Assembly: GCA_964016885.1 (NCBI GenBank)
Contig: OZ024744.1
Location: 103,044,001 to 103,108,000 of the forward strand
Direction of reading: 5' to 3'
DNA: 64,000 nucleotides
DNA from: Eledone cirrhosa
Lineage: Eukaryota
Made by a program: the position numbers and the translations under genes. How positions within the stretch are numbered: position 1 is the stretch's first letter; each line of letters starts with the position of its first letter. Below the pieces are notes generated by a model. That model was not told the DNA's origin and did not search any database. It worked only from the letters and a program-made list of their open reading frames with translations. Of this stretch, positions 1 through 13,439 are shown piece after piece.

Positions 1-715
1 CACTGTTTAAAGTGGTCCTGCTGCCATGAAAATAAAAATTAGTCAGTCAACTGTTTAAACTGGTCCTGCTGCCATGAAACTAAAAAGTAGTCAGTCCACT
101 GTTTAAAATGGTCCTGTTGCCATGAAACTAAAAAGTAATCAGTCTACTGTTTAAAGTGGCCCTGTTGCCATGAAACTAAAAAGTAGTCGGTCTACTGTTG
201 AAAGTGGTCCTGCTGCCATGAAACTAAAAAGTAACTATTACACTGTTTAAACTGGTCCTGTTGCCATGAAACTAAAAAGTAACCAGTCAACTGTTCAAAG
301 TGGTCCTGTTGCCATGAAACTAAAAAGTAGTCAGTCTACTGTTTAAAGTGGCCCTGTTGCCATGAAACTAAAAAGTAACTAGTACACTGTTTAAAGTGGT
401 CCTGCTGCCATGAAACTAAAAAGTAGTCAGTCAACTGTTTAAACTGGTCCTGTTGCCATGAAACTAAAAAGTAACCAGTCTACTGTTCAAAGTGGTCCTG
501 CTGCCATGAAACTAAAAAGTAGTCAGTCCACTGTTTAAAGTGGCCCTGTTGCCATGAAACTAAAAAGTAGTCGGTCTACTGTTGAAAGTGGTCCTGCTGC
601 CATGAAACTAAAAAGTAACTATTACACTGTTTAAACTGGTCCTGTTGCCATGAAACTAAAAAGTAACCAGTCAACTGTTCAAAGTGGTCCTGTTGCCATG
701 AAACTAAAAAGTAGT

Positions 716-749
716 CAGTCTACTGTTTAAAGCAGTCTACTGTTTAAAG
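716..749 (+). repeat. Recurrent 17-bp internal duplication CAGTCTACTGTTTAAAG (65-bp monomer variant); dozens of copies, triplicated at ~34010-34060
   Basis: cagtctactgtttaaag-cagtctactgtttaaag-tgg is seen at ~716, 1739, 3035, 3148, 5024, 6921, 8874, 17243, 25223, 38323, 44178, 57413, 61651 and others. Confidence 0.92.
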
Positions 750-3700
750 TGGCCCTGTTGCCATGAAACTAAAAAGTAACTAGTACACTGTTTAAAGTGG
801 TCCTGCTGCCATGAAAATAAAAAGTAGTCAGTCAACTGTTTAAACTGGTCCTGTTGCCATGAAACTAAAAAGTAGTCAGTCTACTGTTTAAAGTGATCCT
901 GCTGACATGAAACTAAAAAGTAGTCAGTCTACTGTTTAACGTGTTCCTGCTGCCATGAAACTAGAAAGTAACCAGTCTACTGTTTAAAGTGTTCCTGCTG
1001 CCATGAAACTAAAAAGTAGTCAGTCCACTGTTTAAAGTTGTCCTGCTGCCATGAAACTAAAAATTAGTCAGTCTACTGTTTAAAGTGGTCCTGCTGCCAT
1101 GAAACTAAAAAGTAACCAGTCTACTGTTTAAAGTGGTCCTGCTGACATGGAACTAAAAAGTAATCAGTCGACTGTTTAAAGTGGGCCTGCTGCCATGAAA
1201 CTAAAAAGTAGTAAGTCTACTGTTTAACTGGTCCTGTTGCCATGAAACTAAAACGTAACCAGTCTACTGTTCAAAGTGGTCCTGCTGCCATGAAACTAAA
1301 AATTAACCAGTCCACTGTTTAAAGTGGTCCTGTTGCGATGAAACTTAAAAGCAGTCAGTCCATTGTTTAAAGTGGTCCTGCTGCCATGAAACTAAAAAGT
1401 AGTCAGTCTACTGGTTAAAGTGATCCTCTCGCCATGAAACTAAAAATAGTCAGTTCACTGTTTAAACTGGTGCTGCTGCCATGAAACTAAAAAGTAACCA
1501 GTTCCACTGTTTAAAGTGCGCCTGTTGCCATGAAACTAAAAAGTAAACAGTCGGCTGTTTAAAGTGGTCCTGTTGCCATGAAACTAAAAATAACTAGTAC
1601 ACTGTTTAAAGTGGTCCTGCTGCCATGATACTAAAAAGTAGTCAGTCTACTGTTTAAAGTGGTCCTGCTGCCATGAAACTAAAAAATAGTCATTCCACTG
1701 TTTAAACTGGTACTGTTGCCATGAAACTAAAAAGTAGTCAGTCTACTGTTTAAAGCAGTCTACTGTTTAAAGTGGTCCTGCTGCCATGAAACTAAAAAGT
1801 AGTCAGTCCACTGTTTAAAGTGGTCCTGCTGCCATGAAACTAAAAATTAGTAAGACTACTGTTTAAAGCAGTCTACTGTTTAAAGTGGTCCTGCTGCCAT
1901 GAAACTAAAAAGTAGTCAGTCCATTGTTTAATGTGCTCCTGCTGCCACGGAACTAAAAAGTAACCAGTCCACTGTTTAAAGTGTTCCTGCTGCCATGAAA
2001 CTAAAAAATAGTCAGTCCACCGTTTAAACTGGTCCTGTTGCCATGAAACTAAAAAGTAACCAGCCTACTCTTTAAAGTTGTCCTGCTGCCATGAAACTAA
2101 AAAGTAGTCAGTCCACTGTTTAAAGTTGTCCTGCTGCCATGAAACTAAAAAGTAGTCAGTCTACTGTTTAAAGTGGTCCTGCTGCCATGAAACTAAAAAG
2201 TAGTCAGTCCACTGTTTAAAGTTGTCCTGCTGCCATGAAACTAAAAAGTAGTCAGTCTACTGTTTAAAGTGGTCCTGCTGCCATGAAACTAAAAAGTAAG
2301 CAGTCTACTGTTTAAAGTGGTCCTGCTGACATGGAACTAAAAAGTAATCATACTACTGTTTAAAGTGGGCCTGCTGCCATGAAAGTAAAAAGTAGTAAGT
2401 CTACTGTTTAAAGTGGTCCTGCTTCCATGAAACTAAAAAGTTACCAGTCTACTGTTTAAAGTGGTCCTGCTGCCATGGAACTAAAAAGTAATCAGTCTAC
2501 TGTTTAAAGTGGTCCTGCCGCCACGAAACTAAAAAGTAGTCAGTCTACTGTTTAACTGGTCCTGTTGCCATGAAACTAAAACGTAACCAGTCTACTGTTC
2601 AAAGTGGTCCTTCTGCCATGTGACTAAAAAGTAACCAGTCCACTGTTTAAAGTGGTCCTGTTGCCAAGAAACTTAAAAGTAGTCAGTCCACTGTTTAAAG
2701 TGGTCCTGCTGCCATGAAACTAAAAAGTAGTCAGTCTACTGGTTAAAGTGATCCTGCTGCCAGGAAACTAAAGAGTAACCAGTCCATGTTTAAAGTGGTC
2801 CTGCTGCCATGAAACTAAAAAGTAGTCTGTCTACTGTTTAAAGCAGTCTACTGTTTAAAGTGGTCCTGCTGCCATGAAACTAAAAAGTAGTCAGTCCACT
2901 GTTTAAAGTTGTCCTGCTGCCATGAAACTAAAAAATAGTCATTCCACTGTTTAAACTGGTCCTGTTGCCATGAAACTAAAAAGTGACCAGTCTGCTGTTG
3001 AAAGTGGTCCTGTTGCCATGAAACTAAAAAGTAGTCAGTCTACTGTTTAAAGCAGTCTACTGTTTAAAGTGGTCCTGCTGCCATGAAACTAAAAAGTAGT
3101 CAGTCCGCTGTTTAAAGTGGTCCTGCTGCCATGAAACTAAAAATTAGTCAGTCTACAGTTTAAAGCAGTCTACTGTTTAAAGTGGTCCTGCTGCCATGAA
3201 ATTAAAAAGTAGTCAGTCCACTGTTTAAAGTGGTCCTGCTGCCATGAAACTAAAAAGTAACCAGTCTACTGCTTAAAGTGGTCTTGTTGCCATGAAACTA
3301 AAAAGTAGTCAGTGTACTGTTTAAAGTGGTCCTGCTGCCATGAAACTAAAAATTAGTCAGTCTACTGTTTAAAGTGGTCCTGTTGCCATGGAACTAAAAA
3401 GTAACCAGTCCACTGTTTAAAATGGTCCTGTTGCCATGAAACTAAAAAGTAGCCAGTGTACTGTTTAAAGTGGTCCTGCTGCCATGAAACTAAAAAGTAA
3501 CCAGTCCACTGTTTAAAGTGATCCTGCTGCCATGAAACTAAAAAGTAACCGGTCCACTGTTTAAAGTGGTCCTGCTGCCATGAAACTAAAAAGTAGTCAG
3601 TCAACTGTTTAAACCGGTCCTTTTGCCAAGAAACTAAAAAGTAACCAGTCTACTGTTCAAAGTGGTCCTGCTGCCTTGAAACTAAAAAGTAGTCAGTCCA

Positions 3701-5612
3701 CTGTTTAAAGTGGCCCTGTTGCCATGAGACTAAAAAGTAGTCAGTCTACTGTTTAAAGTGGTCCTGTTGCCATGAAACTAAAAAGTAACTAGTACACTGT
3801 TTAAAGTGGTCCTGCTGCCATGATACTAAAAAGTAGTCAGTCTACTGTTTAAAGTAGTCCTGCTGCCATGAAACTAAAAAGTAGTCAGTCAACTGTTTAA
3901 ACTGGTCCTGTTGCCATGAAACTAAAAATTAACCAGTCTACTGTTCAAAGTGGTCCTGTTGCCATGAAACTAAAAAGTAGTCAGTCTACTGTTTAAAGTG
4001 GTCCTGCTGCCATGAAACTAAAAAATAGTCATTCCACTGTTTAAACTGGTCCTGTTACCATGAAACTAAAAAGTGACCAGTCTGCTGTTGAAAGTGGTCC
4101 TGTTGCCATGAAACTAAAAAGTATACAGTCTACTGTTTAAAGCAGTCTACTGTTTAAAGTGGTCCTGCTGCCATGAAACTAAAAAGTAGTCAGTCCACTG
4201 TTTAAAGTGGTCCTGCTGCCATGAAACTAAAAATTAGTCAGACTACTGTTTAAAGCAGTCTACTGTTTAAAGTGGTCCTGCTGCCATGAAACTAAAAAGT
4301 AGTCAGTCCATTGTTTAATGTGGTCCTGCTGCCATGAAACTAAAAAGTAACCAGTCTACTGCTTAAAGTGGTCCTGTTGCCATGAAACTAAAAAGTAGTC
4401 AGTGTACTGTTTAAAGTAGTCTTGCTGCCATGAAACTAAAAAGTAACCAGTGCACTGTTTAAAGTGGTCCTGCTGCCATGAAACTAAAAAGTAACCGGTC
4501 CACTGTTTAAAGTGGTCCTGCTGCCATGAAACTAAAAAGTAGTCAGTCAACTGTTTAAACTGGTCGTGTTGCCATGAAACTAAAAAGTAACCAGTCTACT
4601 GTTCAAAGTGGTCCTGTTGCCATGAAACTAAAAAGTAGTCAGTCCATTGTTTAATGTGGTCCTGCTGCCATGAAACTAAAAAGTAACCAGTCTACTGTTC
4701 AAAGTGGTCCTGCTGCCATGAAACTACAAAGTAGTCAGTCCACTGTTTAAAGTGGCCCTGTTGCCATGAAACTAAAAAGTAGTCGGTCTACTGTTTAAAG
4801 TGGTCCTGTTGCCATGAAACTAAAAAGTAACTAGTACACTGTTTAAAGTGGTCCTGCTGCCATGAAACTAAAAAGTAATTATTACACTGTTTAAACTGAT
4901 CCTGTTGCCATGAAACTAAAAAGTAACCAGTCTACTGTTCAAAGTGGTCCTGTTGCCATGAAACTAAAAAGTAGGCAGTCCACTGTTTAAAGTGGTCCTG
5001 TTGCCATGAAACTAAAAATTAGTCAGTCTACTGTTTAAAGCAGTCTACTGTTTAAAGTGGTCCTGCTGCCATGAAACTAAACAGTAATCAGTCCACTGTT
5101 TAAAGTGGTCCTGCTGCCATGAAACTAAAAAGTAACCAGTCTACTGCTTAAAGTGGTCCTGTTGCCATGAAACTAAAAAGTAACCAGTCTACTGTTTAAA
5201 GTGGTCCTGTTGCCATGAAACTAAAAAGTAGCCAGTGTACTGTTTAAAGTCGTCCTGCTGCCATGAAACTAAAAAGTAACCAGTCCACTGTTTAAAGTGG
5301 TCCTGCTGCCATGAAACTAAAAAGTAACCGGTCCACTGTTTAAAATGGTCCTGCTGCCATGAAACTAAAAAGTAGTCAGTCATCTGTTTAAACTGGTCCT
5401 GTTGCCATGAAACTAAAAAGTAACCAGTCTACTGTTCAAAGTGGTCCTGCTGCCATGATACTAAAAAGTAGTCAGTCTACTGTTTAAAGTGGTCCTGCTG
5501 CCATGAAACTAAAAAGTAACTATTACACTGTTTAAACTGGTCCTGTTGCCATGATACTAAAAAGTAACCAGTCTACTGTTCAAAGTGGTCCTGTTGCCAT
5601 GAAACTAAAAAG

Positions 5613-5630
5613 TAAACAGTCGACTGTTTA
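5613..5630. other. 18-bp perfect palindrome TAAACAGTCGACTGTTTA in a variant monomer (second copy at ~6531)
   Basis: The sequence equals its own reverse complement and is centred on a SalI site (GTCGAC). Confidence 0.9.
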
Positions 5631-8600
5631 AAGTGGTCCTGTTGCCCTGAAACTAAAAATTAAACAGTTTACTGTTTAAAGTGGTCCTGTTGCCGTTAAA
5701 CTAAAAACTAACCATAACCATTCCACTGTTTAAAGTGGTCCTGCTGCCATGAAAGTAGTAAGTAACCAGTCTACAGTTTAAAGTGGTCCTGTTGCCATGA
5801 AACTTAAAAGTAGTCAGTCCACTGTTTAAAGTGGTCCTGCTGCCATGAAACTAAAAATTAGTCAGTCTACTGTTTAAAGTGGTCCTGCTGCCATGAAACT
5901 AAAAAGTAACCAGTCTACTGTTTAAAGTGGTCCTGCTGACATGGAACTAAAAAGTAATCAGTCGACTGTTTAAAGTGGGCCTGCTGCCATGTAACTAAAA
6001 AGTAGTAAGTCTACTGTTTAAAGTGGTCCTGTTGCCATGAAAGTAAAAAGTAGTCTGTCTACTATTTAAAGTGGTCCTGCGTCCATGAAACTAAAAAGTA
6101 AGCAGTCTACTGTTTAAAGTGGTCCTGCTGCCATGTAACTCAAAAGTAATCAGTCTACTGTTTAAAGTGGTCCTGCTGCCATAAAACTAAAATGTAGTCA
6201 GTCTACTGTTTAACTGGTCCTGTTGCCATGAAACTAAAACGTAACCAGTCTACTGTTCAAAGTGGTCCTGCTGCCAAGAAACTAAAAATTAACCAGTACA
6301 CTGTTTAAAGTGGTCCTGTTGCCATGAAACTTAAAAGTACTCAGTCCACTGTTTAAAGTGGTCCTGCTGCCATGAAACTAAAAAGTAGTCAGTCTACTGG
6401 TTAAAGTGATCCTGTTGCCATGAAACTAAAATGTAGTCAGTTCACTGCTTAAACTGGTGCTGCTGCCATGAAACTAAAAAGTAACCAGTTCCACTGTTTA
6501 AAGTGGGCCAGTTGCCATGAAACTAAAAAGTAAACAGTCGACTGTTTAAAGTGGTCCTGTTGCCCTGAAACTAAAAATTAAACAGTTTACTGTTTAAAGT
6601 GGTCCTGTTGCCGTTAAACTAAAAACTAACCATAACCATTCCACTGTTTAAAGTGGTCCTGCTGCCATGAAAGTAGTAAGTAACCAGTCTACAGTTTAAA
6701 GTGGTCCTGTTGCCATGAAACTTAAAAGTAGTCAGTCCACTGTTTAAAGTGGTCCTGCTGCCATGAAACTAAAAAGTAGTCAGTCTACTGGTTAAAGTGA
6801 TCCTGTTGCCATGAAACTAAAAAGTAGTCAGTCAACTGTTGTGGCCCTGTTGCCATGAAACTAAAAAGTAGTCGGTCTACTGTTTAAAGTGGTCCTGCTG
6901 CCATGAAACTAAAAAGTAGTCAGTCTACTGTTTAAAGCAGTCTACTGTTTAAAGTGGTCCTGCTGCCATGAAACTAAAAAGTAGTCAGTCCACTGTTTAA
7001 AGTGGTCCTGCTGCCATGAAACTAAAAATTAGTCAGTCTACTGTTTAAAGCAGTCTACTGTTTAAAGTGGTCCTGCTGCCATGAAACTAAAAAATAGTCA
7101 GTCCACTGTTTAAAGTTGTCCTGCTGCCATGAAACTAAAAATTAGTCAGTCTACTGTTTAAAGTGGTCCTGCTGACATGGAACTAAAAAGTAATCAGTCG
7201 ACTGTTTAAAGTGGGCCTGCTGCCATGAAACTAAAAAGTAGTATGTCTACTGTTTAAAGTGGTCCTGTTGCCATGAAAGTAAAAAGTAGTCTGTCTACCA
7301 TTTAAAGTGGTACTGCGTCCATGAAACTAAAAAGTAACCAGTCTACTGTTCAAAGTGGTCCTGCTGCCAAGAAACTAAAAATTAACCAGTCCACTGTTTA
7401 AAGTGGTCCTGTTGCCATGAAACTAAAAAGTAGTCGGTCTACTGGCTAAAGTGATCCTGCTGCCATGAAACTAAAAAATAGTCAGTCCACTGTCTAAACT
7501 GGTCCTGTTGCCATGAAACTAAAAAGTAACCAGTCTGCTGTTTAAAGTGATCCTGCTGCCATGAAACTAAAAAGTAGTCAGTCCACTGTTTAAAGTTGTC
7601 CTGCTGCCATGAAACTAAAAAGTAGTCAGTCTACTGTTTGAAGTGGTCCTGCTGCCATGAAACTAAAAAGTAGTCAGTCTACTGTTTAAAGTGGTCCTGC
7701 TGCCATGAAACTAAAAAGTAGTCAGTCTACTGTTTAAAGTTGTCCTGCTGCCATCAAACTAAAAAGTAGTCAGTCTACTGTTTAAAGTGGTCCTGCTGCC
7801 ATGAAACTAAAACGTAAGCAGTCTACTGTTTAAAGTGGTCCTGCTGACATGGAACTAAAAAGTAATCAGACTACTGTTTAAAGTGGGCCTGCTGCCATGA
7901 AAGTAAAAAGTAGTAAGTCTACTGTTTAAAGTGGTCCTGTTGCCATGAAAGTAAAAAGTAGTCAGTCTACTGTTTAAAGTTGTCCTGCTGCCATGAAACT
8001 AAAAAGTTACCAGTCTACTGTTTAAAGTGGTCCTGTTGCCATGAAACTAAAAAGTAACCAGTCCACTGTTTAAAATGGTCCTGTTGCCATGAAACTAACA
8101 AGTAGCCAGTGTACTGTTTAAAGTGGTCCTGCTGCCATGAAACTAAAAAGTAAACAGTCCACTGTTTAAAGTGGTCCTGCTGCCATGAAACTAAAAAGTA
8201 ACCGGTCCACTGTTTAAAGTGGTCCTGCTGCCATGAAAATAAAAAGTAGTCAGTCAACTGTTTAAACTGGTCCTGCTGCCATGAAACTAAAAAGTAGTCA
8301 GTCCACTGTTTAAAATGGTCCTGTTGCCATGAAACTAAAAAGTAATCAGTCTACTGTTTAAAGTGGCCCTGTTGCCATGAAACTAAAAAGTAGTCGGTCT
8401 ACTGTTGAAAGTGGTCCTGCTGCCATGAAACTAAAAAGTAACTATTACACTGTTTAAACTGGTCCTGTTGCCATGAAACTAAAAAGTAACCAGTCAACTG
8501 TTCAAAGTGGTCCTGTTGCCATGAAACTAAAAAGTAGTCAGTCTACTGTTTAAAGTGGCCCTGTAGCCATGAAACTAAAAAGTAACTAGTACACTGTTTA

Positions 8601-11600
8601 AAGTGGTCCTGCTGCCATGAAACTAAAAAGTAGTCAGTCAACTGTTTAAACTGGTCCTGTTGCCATGAAACTAAAAAGTAACCAGTCTACTGTTCAAAGT
8701 AGTCCTGCTGCCATGAAACTAAAAAGTAGTCAGTCCACTGTTTAAAGTGGCCCTGTTGCCATGAAACTAAAAAGTAGTCGGTCTACTGTTGAAAGTGGTC
8801 CTGCTGCCATGAAACTAAAAAGTAACTATTACACTGTTCAAAATGGTCCTGTTGCCATGAAACTAAAAAGTAGTCAGTCTACTGTTTAAAGCAGTCTACT
8901 GTTTAAAGTGGCCCTGTTGCCATGAAACTAAAAAGTAACTAGTACACTGTTTAAAGTGGTCCTGCTGCCATGAAAATAAAAGTAGTCAGTCAACTGTTTA
9001 AACTGGTCCTGTTGCCATGAAACTAAAAAGTAGTCAGTCTACTGTTTAAAGTGATCCTGCTGACATGAAACTAAAAAGTAGTCAGTCTACTGTTTAACGT
9101 GTTCCTGCTGCCATGAAACTAGAAAGTAACCAGTCTACTGTTTAAAGTGTTCCTGCTGCCATGAAACTAAAAAGTAGTCAGTCCACTGTTTAAAGTTGTC
9201 CTGCTGCCATGAAACTAAAAATTAGTCAGTCTACTGTTTAAAGTGGTCCTGCTGCCATGAAACTAAAAAGTAACCAGTCTACTGTTTAAAGTGGTCCTGC
9301 TGACATGGAATTAAAAAGTAATCAGTCGACTGTTTAAAGTGGGCCTGCTGCCATGAAACTAAAAAGTAGTAAGTCTACTGTTTAACTGGTCCTGTTGCCA
9401 TGAAACTAAAACGTAACCAGTCTACTGTTCAAAGTGGTCCTGCTGCCATGAAACTAAAAATTAACCAGTCCACTGTTTAAAGTGGTCCTGTTGCGATGAA
9501 ACTTAAAAGCAGTCAGTCCATTGTTTAAAGTGGTCCTGCTGCCATGAAACTAAAAAGTAGTCAGTCTACTGGTTAAAGTGATCCTCTCGCCATGAAACTA
9601 AAAATAGTCAGTTCACTGTTTAAACTGGTGCTGCTGCCATGAAACTAAAAAGTAACCAGTTCCACTGTTTAAAGTGCGCCTGTTGCCATGAAACTAAAAA
9701 GTAAACAGTCGGCTGTTTAAAGTGGTCCTGTTGCCATGAAACTAAAAATAACTAGTACACTGTTTAAAGTGGTCCTGCTGCCATGATACTAAAAAGTAGT
9801 CAGTCTACTGTTTAAAGTGGTCCTGCTGCCATGAAACTAAAAAATAGTCATTCCACTGTTTAAACTGGTCCTGTTGCCATGAAACTAAAAAGTAGTCAGT
9901 CTACTGTTTAAAGCAGTCTACTGTTTAAAGTGGTCCTGCTGCCATGAAACTAAAAAGTAGTCAGTCCACTGTTTAAAGTGGTCCTGCTGCCATGAAACTA
10001 AAAATTAGTCAGACTACTGTTTAAAGCAGTCTACTGTTTAAAGTGGTCCTGCTGCCATGAAACTAAAAAGTAGTCAGTCCATTGTTTAATGTGCTCCTGC
10101 TGCCACGGAACTAAAAAGTAACCAGTCCACTGTTTAAAGTGTTCCTGCTGCCATGAAACTGAAAAATAGTCAGTCCACCGTTTAAACTGGTCCTGTTGCC
10201 ATGAAACTAAAAAGTAACCAGCCTACTCTTTAAAGTTGTCCTGCTGCCATGAAACTAAAAAGTAGTCAGTCCACTGTTTAAAGTTGTCCTGCTGCCATGA
10301 AACTAAAAAGTAGTCAGTCTACTGTTTAAAGTGGTCCTGCTGCCATGAAACTAAAAAGTAGTCAGTCCACTGTTTAAAGTTGTCCTGCTGCCATGAAACT
10401 AAAAAGTAGTCAGTCTACTGTTTAAAGTGGTCCTGCTGCCATGAAACTAAAAAGTAAGCAGTTTACTGTTTAAAGTGGTCCTGCTGACATGGAACTAAAA
10501 AGTAATCATACTACTGTTTAAAGTGGGCCTGCTGCCATGAAAGTAAAAAGTAGTAAGTCTACTGTTTAAAGTGGTCCTGCTTCCATGAAACTAAAAAGTT
10601 ACCAGTCTACTGTTTAAAGTGGTCCTGCTGCCATGGAACTAAAAAGTAATCAGTCTACTGTTTAAAGTGGTCCTGCCGCCACGAAACTAAAAAGTAGTCA
10701 GTCTACTGTTTAACTGGTCCTGTTGCCATGAAACTAAAACGTAACCAGTCTACTGTTCAAAGTGGTCCTGCTGCCATGTGACTAAAAAGTAACCAGTCCA
10801 CTGTTTAAAGTGGTCCTGTTGCCAAGAAACTTAAAAGTAGTCAGTCCACTGTTTAAAGTGGTCCTGCTGCCATGAAACTAAAAAGTAGTCAGTCTACTGG
10901 TTAAAGTGATCCTGCTGCCAGGAAACTAAAGAGTAACCAGTCCATGTTTAAAGTGGTCCTGCTGCCATGAAACTAAAAAGTAGTCTGTCTACTGTTTAAA
11001 GCAGTCTACTGTTTAAAGTGGTCCTGCTGCCATGAAACTAAAAAGTAGTCAGTCCACTGTTTAAAGTTGTCCTGCTGCCATGAAACTAAAAAATAGTCAT
11101 TCCACTGTTTAAACTGGTCCTGTTGCAATGAAACTAAAAAGTGACCAGTCTGCTGTTGAAAGTGGTCCTGTTGCCATGAAACTAAAAAGTAGTCAGTCTA
11201 CTGTTTAAAGCAGTCTACTGTTTAAAGTGGTCCTGCTGCCATGAAACTAAAAAGTAGTCAGTCCGCTGTTTAAAGTGGTCCTGCTGCCATGAAACTAAAA
11301 ATTAGTCAGTCTACAGTTTAAAGCAGTCTACTGTTTAAAGTGGTCCTGCTGCCATGAAATTAAAAAGTAGTCAGTCCACTGTTTAAAGTGGTCCTGCTGC
11401 CATGAAACTAAAAAGTAACCAGTCTACTGCTTAAAGTGGTCTTGTTGCCATGAAACTAAAAAGTAGTCAGTGTACTGTTTAAACTGGTCCTGCTGCCATG
11501 AAACTAAAAATTAGTCAGTCTACTGTTTAAAGTGGTCCTGTTGCCATGGAACTAAAAAGTAACCAGTCCACTGTTTAAAATGGTCCTGTTGCCATGAAAC

Positions 11601-13439
11601 TAAAAAGTAGCCAGTGTACTGTTTAAAGTGGTCCTGCTGCCATGAAACTAAAAAGTAACCAGTCCACTGTTTAAAGTGATCCTGCTGCCATGAAACTAAA
11701 AAGTAACCGGTCCACTGTTTAAAGTGGTCCTGCTGCCATGAAACTAAAAAGTAGTCAGTCAACTGTTTAAACCGGTCCTTTTGCCAAGAAACTAAAAAGT
11801 AACCAGTCTACTGTTCAAAGTGGTCCTGCTGCCTTGAAACTAAAAGTAGTCAGTCCACTGTTTAAAGTGGCCCTGTTGCCATGAGACTAAAAAGTAGTCA
11901 GTCTACTGTTTAAAGTGGTCCTGTTGCCATGAAACTAAAAAGTAACTAGTACACTGTTTAAAGTGGTCCTGCTGCCATGATACTAAAAAGTAGTCAGTCT
12001 ACTGTTTAAAGTAGTCCTGCTGCCATGAAACTAAAAAGTAGTCAGTCAACTGTTTAAACTGGTCCTGTTGCCATGAAACTAAAAATTAACCAGTCTACTG
12101 TTCAAAGTGGTCCTGTTGCCATGAAACTAAAAAGTAGTCAGTCTACTGTTTAAAGTGGTCCTGCTGCCATGAAACTAAAAAATAGTCATTCCACTGTTTA
12201 AACTGGTCCTGTTACCATGAAACTAAAAAGTGACCAGTCTGCTGTTGAAAGTGGTCCTGTTGCCATGAAACTAAAAAGTAGTCAGTCTACTGTTTAAAGC
12301 AGTCTACTGTTTAAAGTGGTCCTGCTGCCATGAAACTAAAAAGTAGTCAGTCCACTGTTTAAAGTGGTCCTGCTGCCATGAAACTAAAAATTAGTCAGAC
12401 TACTGTTTAAAGCAGTCTACTGTTTAAAGTGGTCCTGCTGCCATGAAACTAAAAAGTAGTCAGTCCATTGTTTAATGTGGTCCTGCTGCCATGAAACTAA
12501 AAAGTAACCAGTCTACTGCTTAAAGTGGTCCTGTTGCCATGAAACTAAAAAGTAGTCAGTGTACTGTTTAAAGTAGTCTTGCTGCCATGAAACTAAAAAG
12601 TAACCAGTGCACTGTTTAAAGTGGTCCTGCTGCCATGAAACTAAAAAGTAACCGGTCCACTGTTTAAAGTGGTCCTGCTGCCATGAAACTAAAAAGTAGT
12701 CAGTCAACTGTTTAAACTGGTCGTGTTGCCATGAAACTAAAAAGTAACCAGTCTACTGTTCAAATTGGTCCTGCTGCCATGAAACTACAAAGTAGTCAGT
12801 CCACTGTTTAAAGTGGCCCTGTTGCCATGAAACTAAAAAGTAGTCGGTCTACTGTTTAAAGTGGTCCTGTTGCCATGAAACTAAAAAGTAACTAGTACAC
12901 TGTTTAAAGTGGTCCTGCTGCCATGAAACTAAAAAGTAATTATTACACTGTTTAAACTGATCCTGTTGCCATGAAACTAAAAAGTAACCAGTCTACTGTT
13001 CAAAGTGGTCCTGTTGCCATGAAACTAAAAAGTAGGCAGTCCACTGTTTAAAGTGGTCCTGTTGCCATGAAACTAAAAATTAGTCAGTCTACTGTTTAAA
13101 GCAGTCTACTGTTTAAAGTGGTCCTGCTGCCATGAAACTAAACAGTAGTCAGTCCACTGTTTAAAGTGGTCCTGCTGCCATGAAACTAAAAAGTAACCAG
13201 TCTACTGCTTAAAGTGGTCCTGTTGCCATGAAACTAAAAAGTAACCAGTCTACTGTTTAAAGTGGTCCTGTTGCCATGAAACTAAAAAGTAGCCAGTGTA
13301 CTGTTTAAAGTCGTCCTGCTGCCATGAAACTAAAAAGTAACCAGTCCACTGTTTAAAGTGGTCCTGCTGCCATGAAACTAAAAAGTAACCGGTCCACTGT
13401 TTAAAATGGTCCTGCTGCCATGAAACTAAAAAGTAGTCA

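Noticed and set aside
5708-5722. Telomere-like repeat (CTAACCATAACC resembles TTAGG/TTAGGG complements)
   Set aside because: It has only two units and is explained by a 6-bp slippage in a monomer variant.
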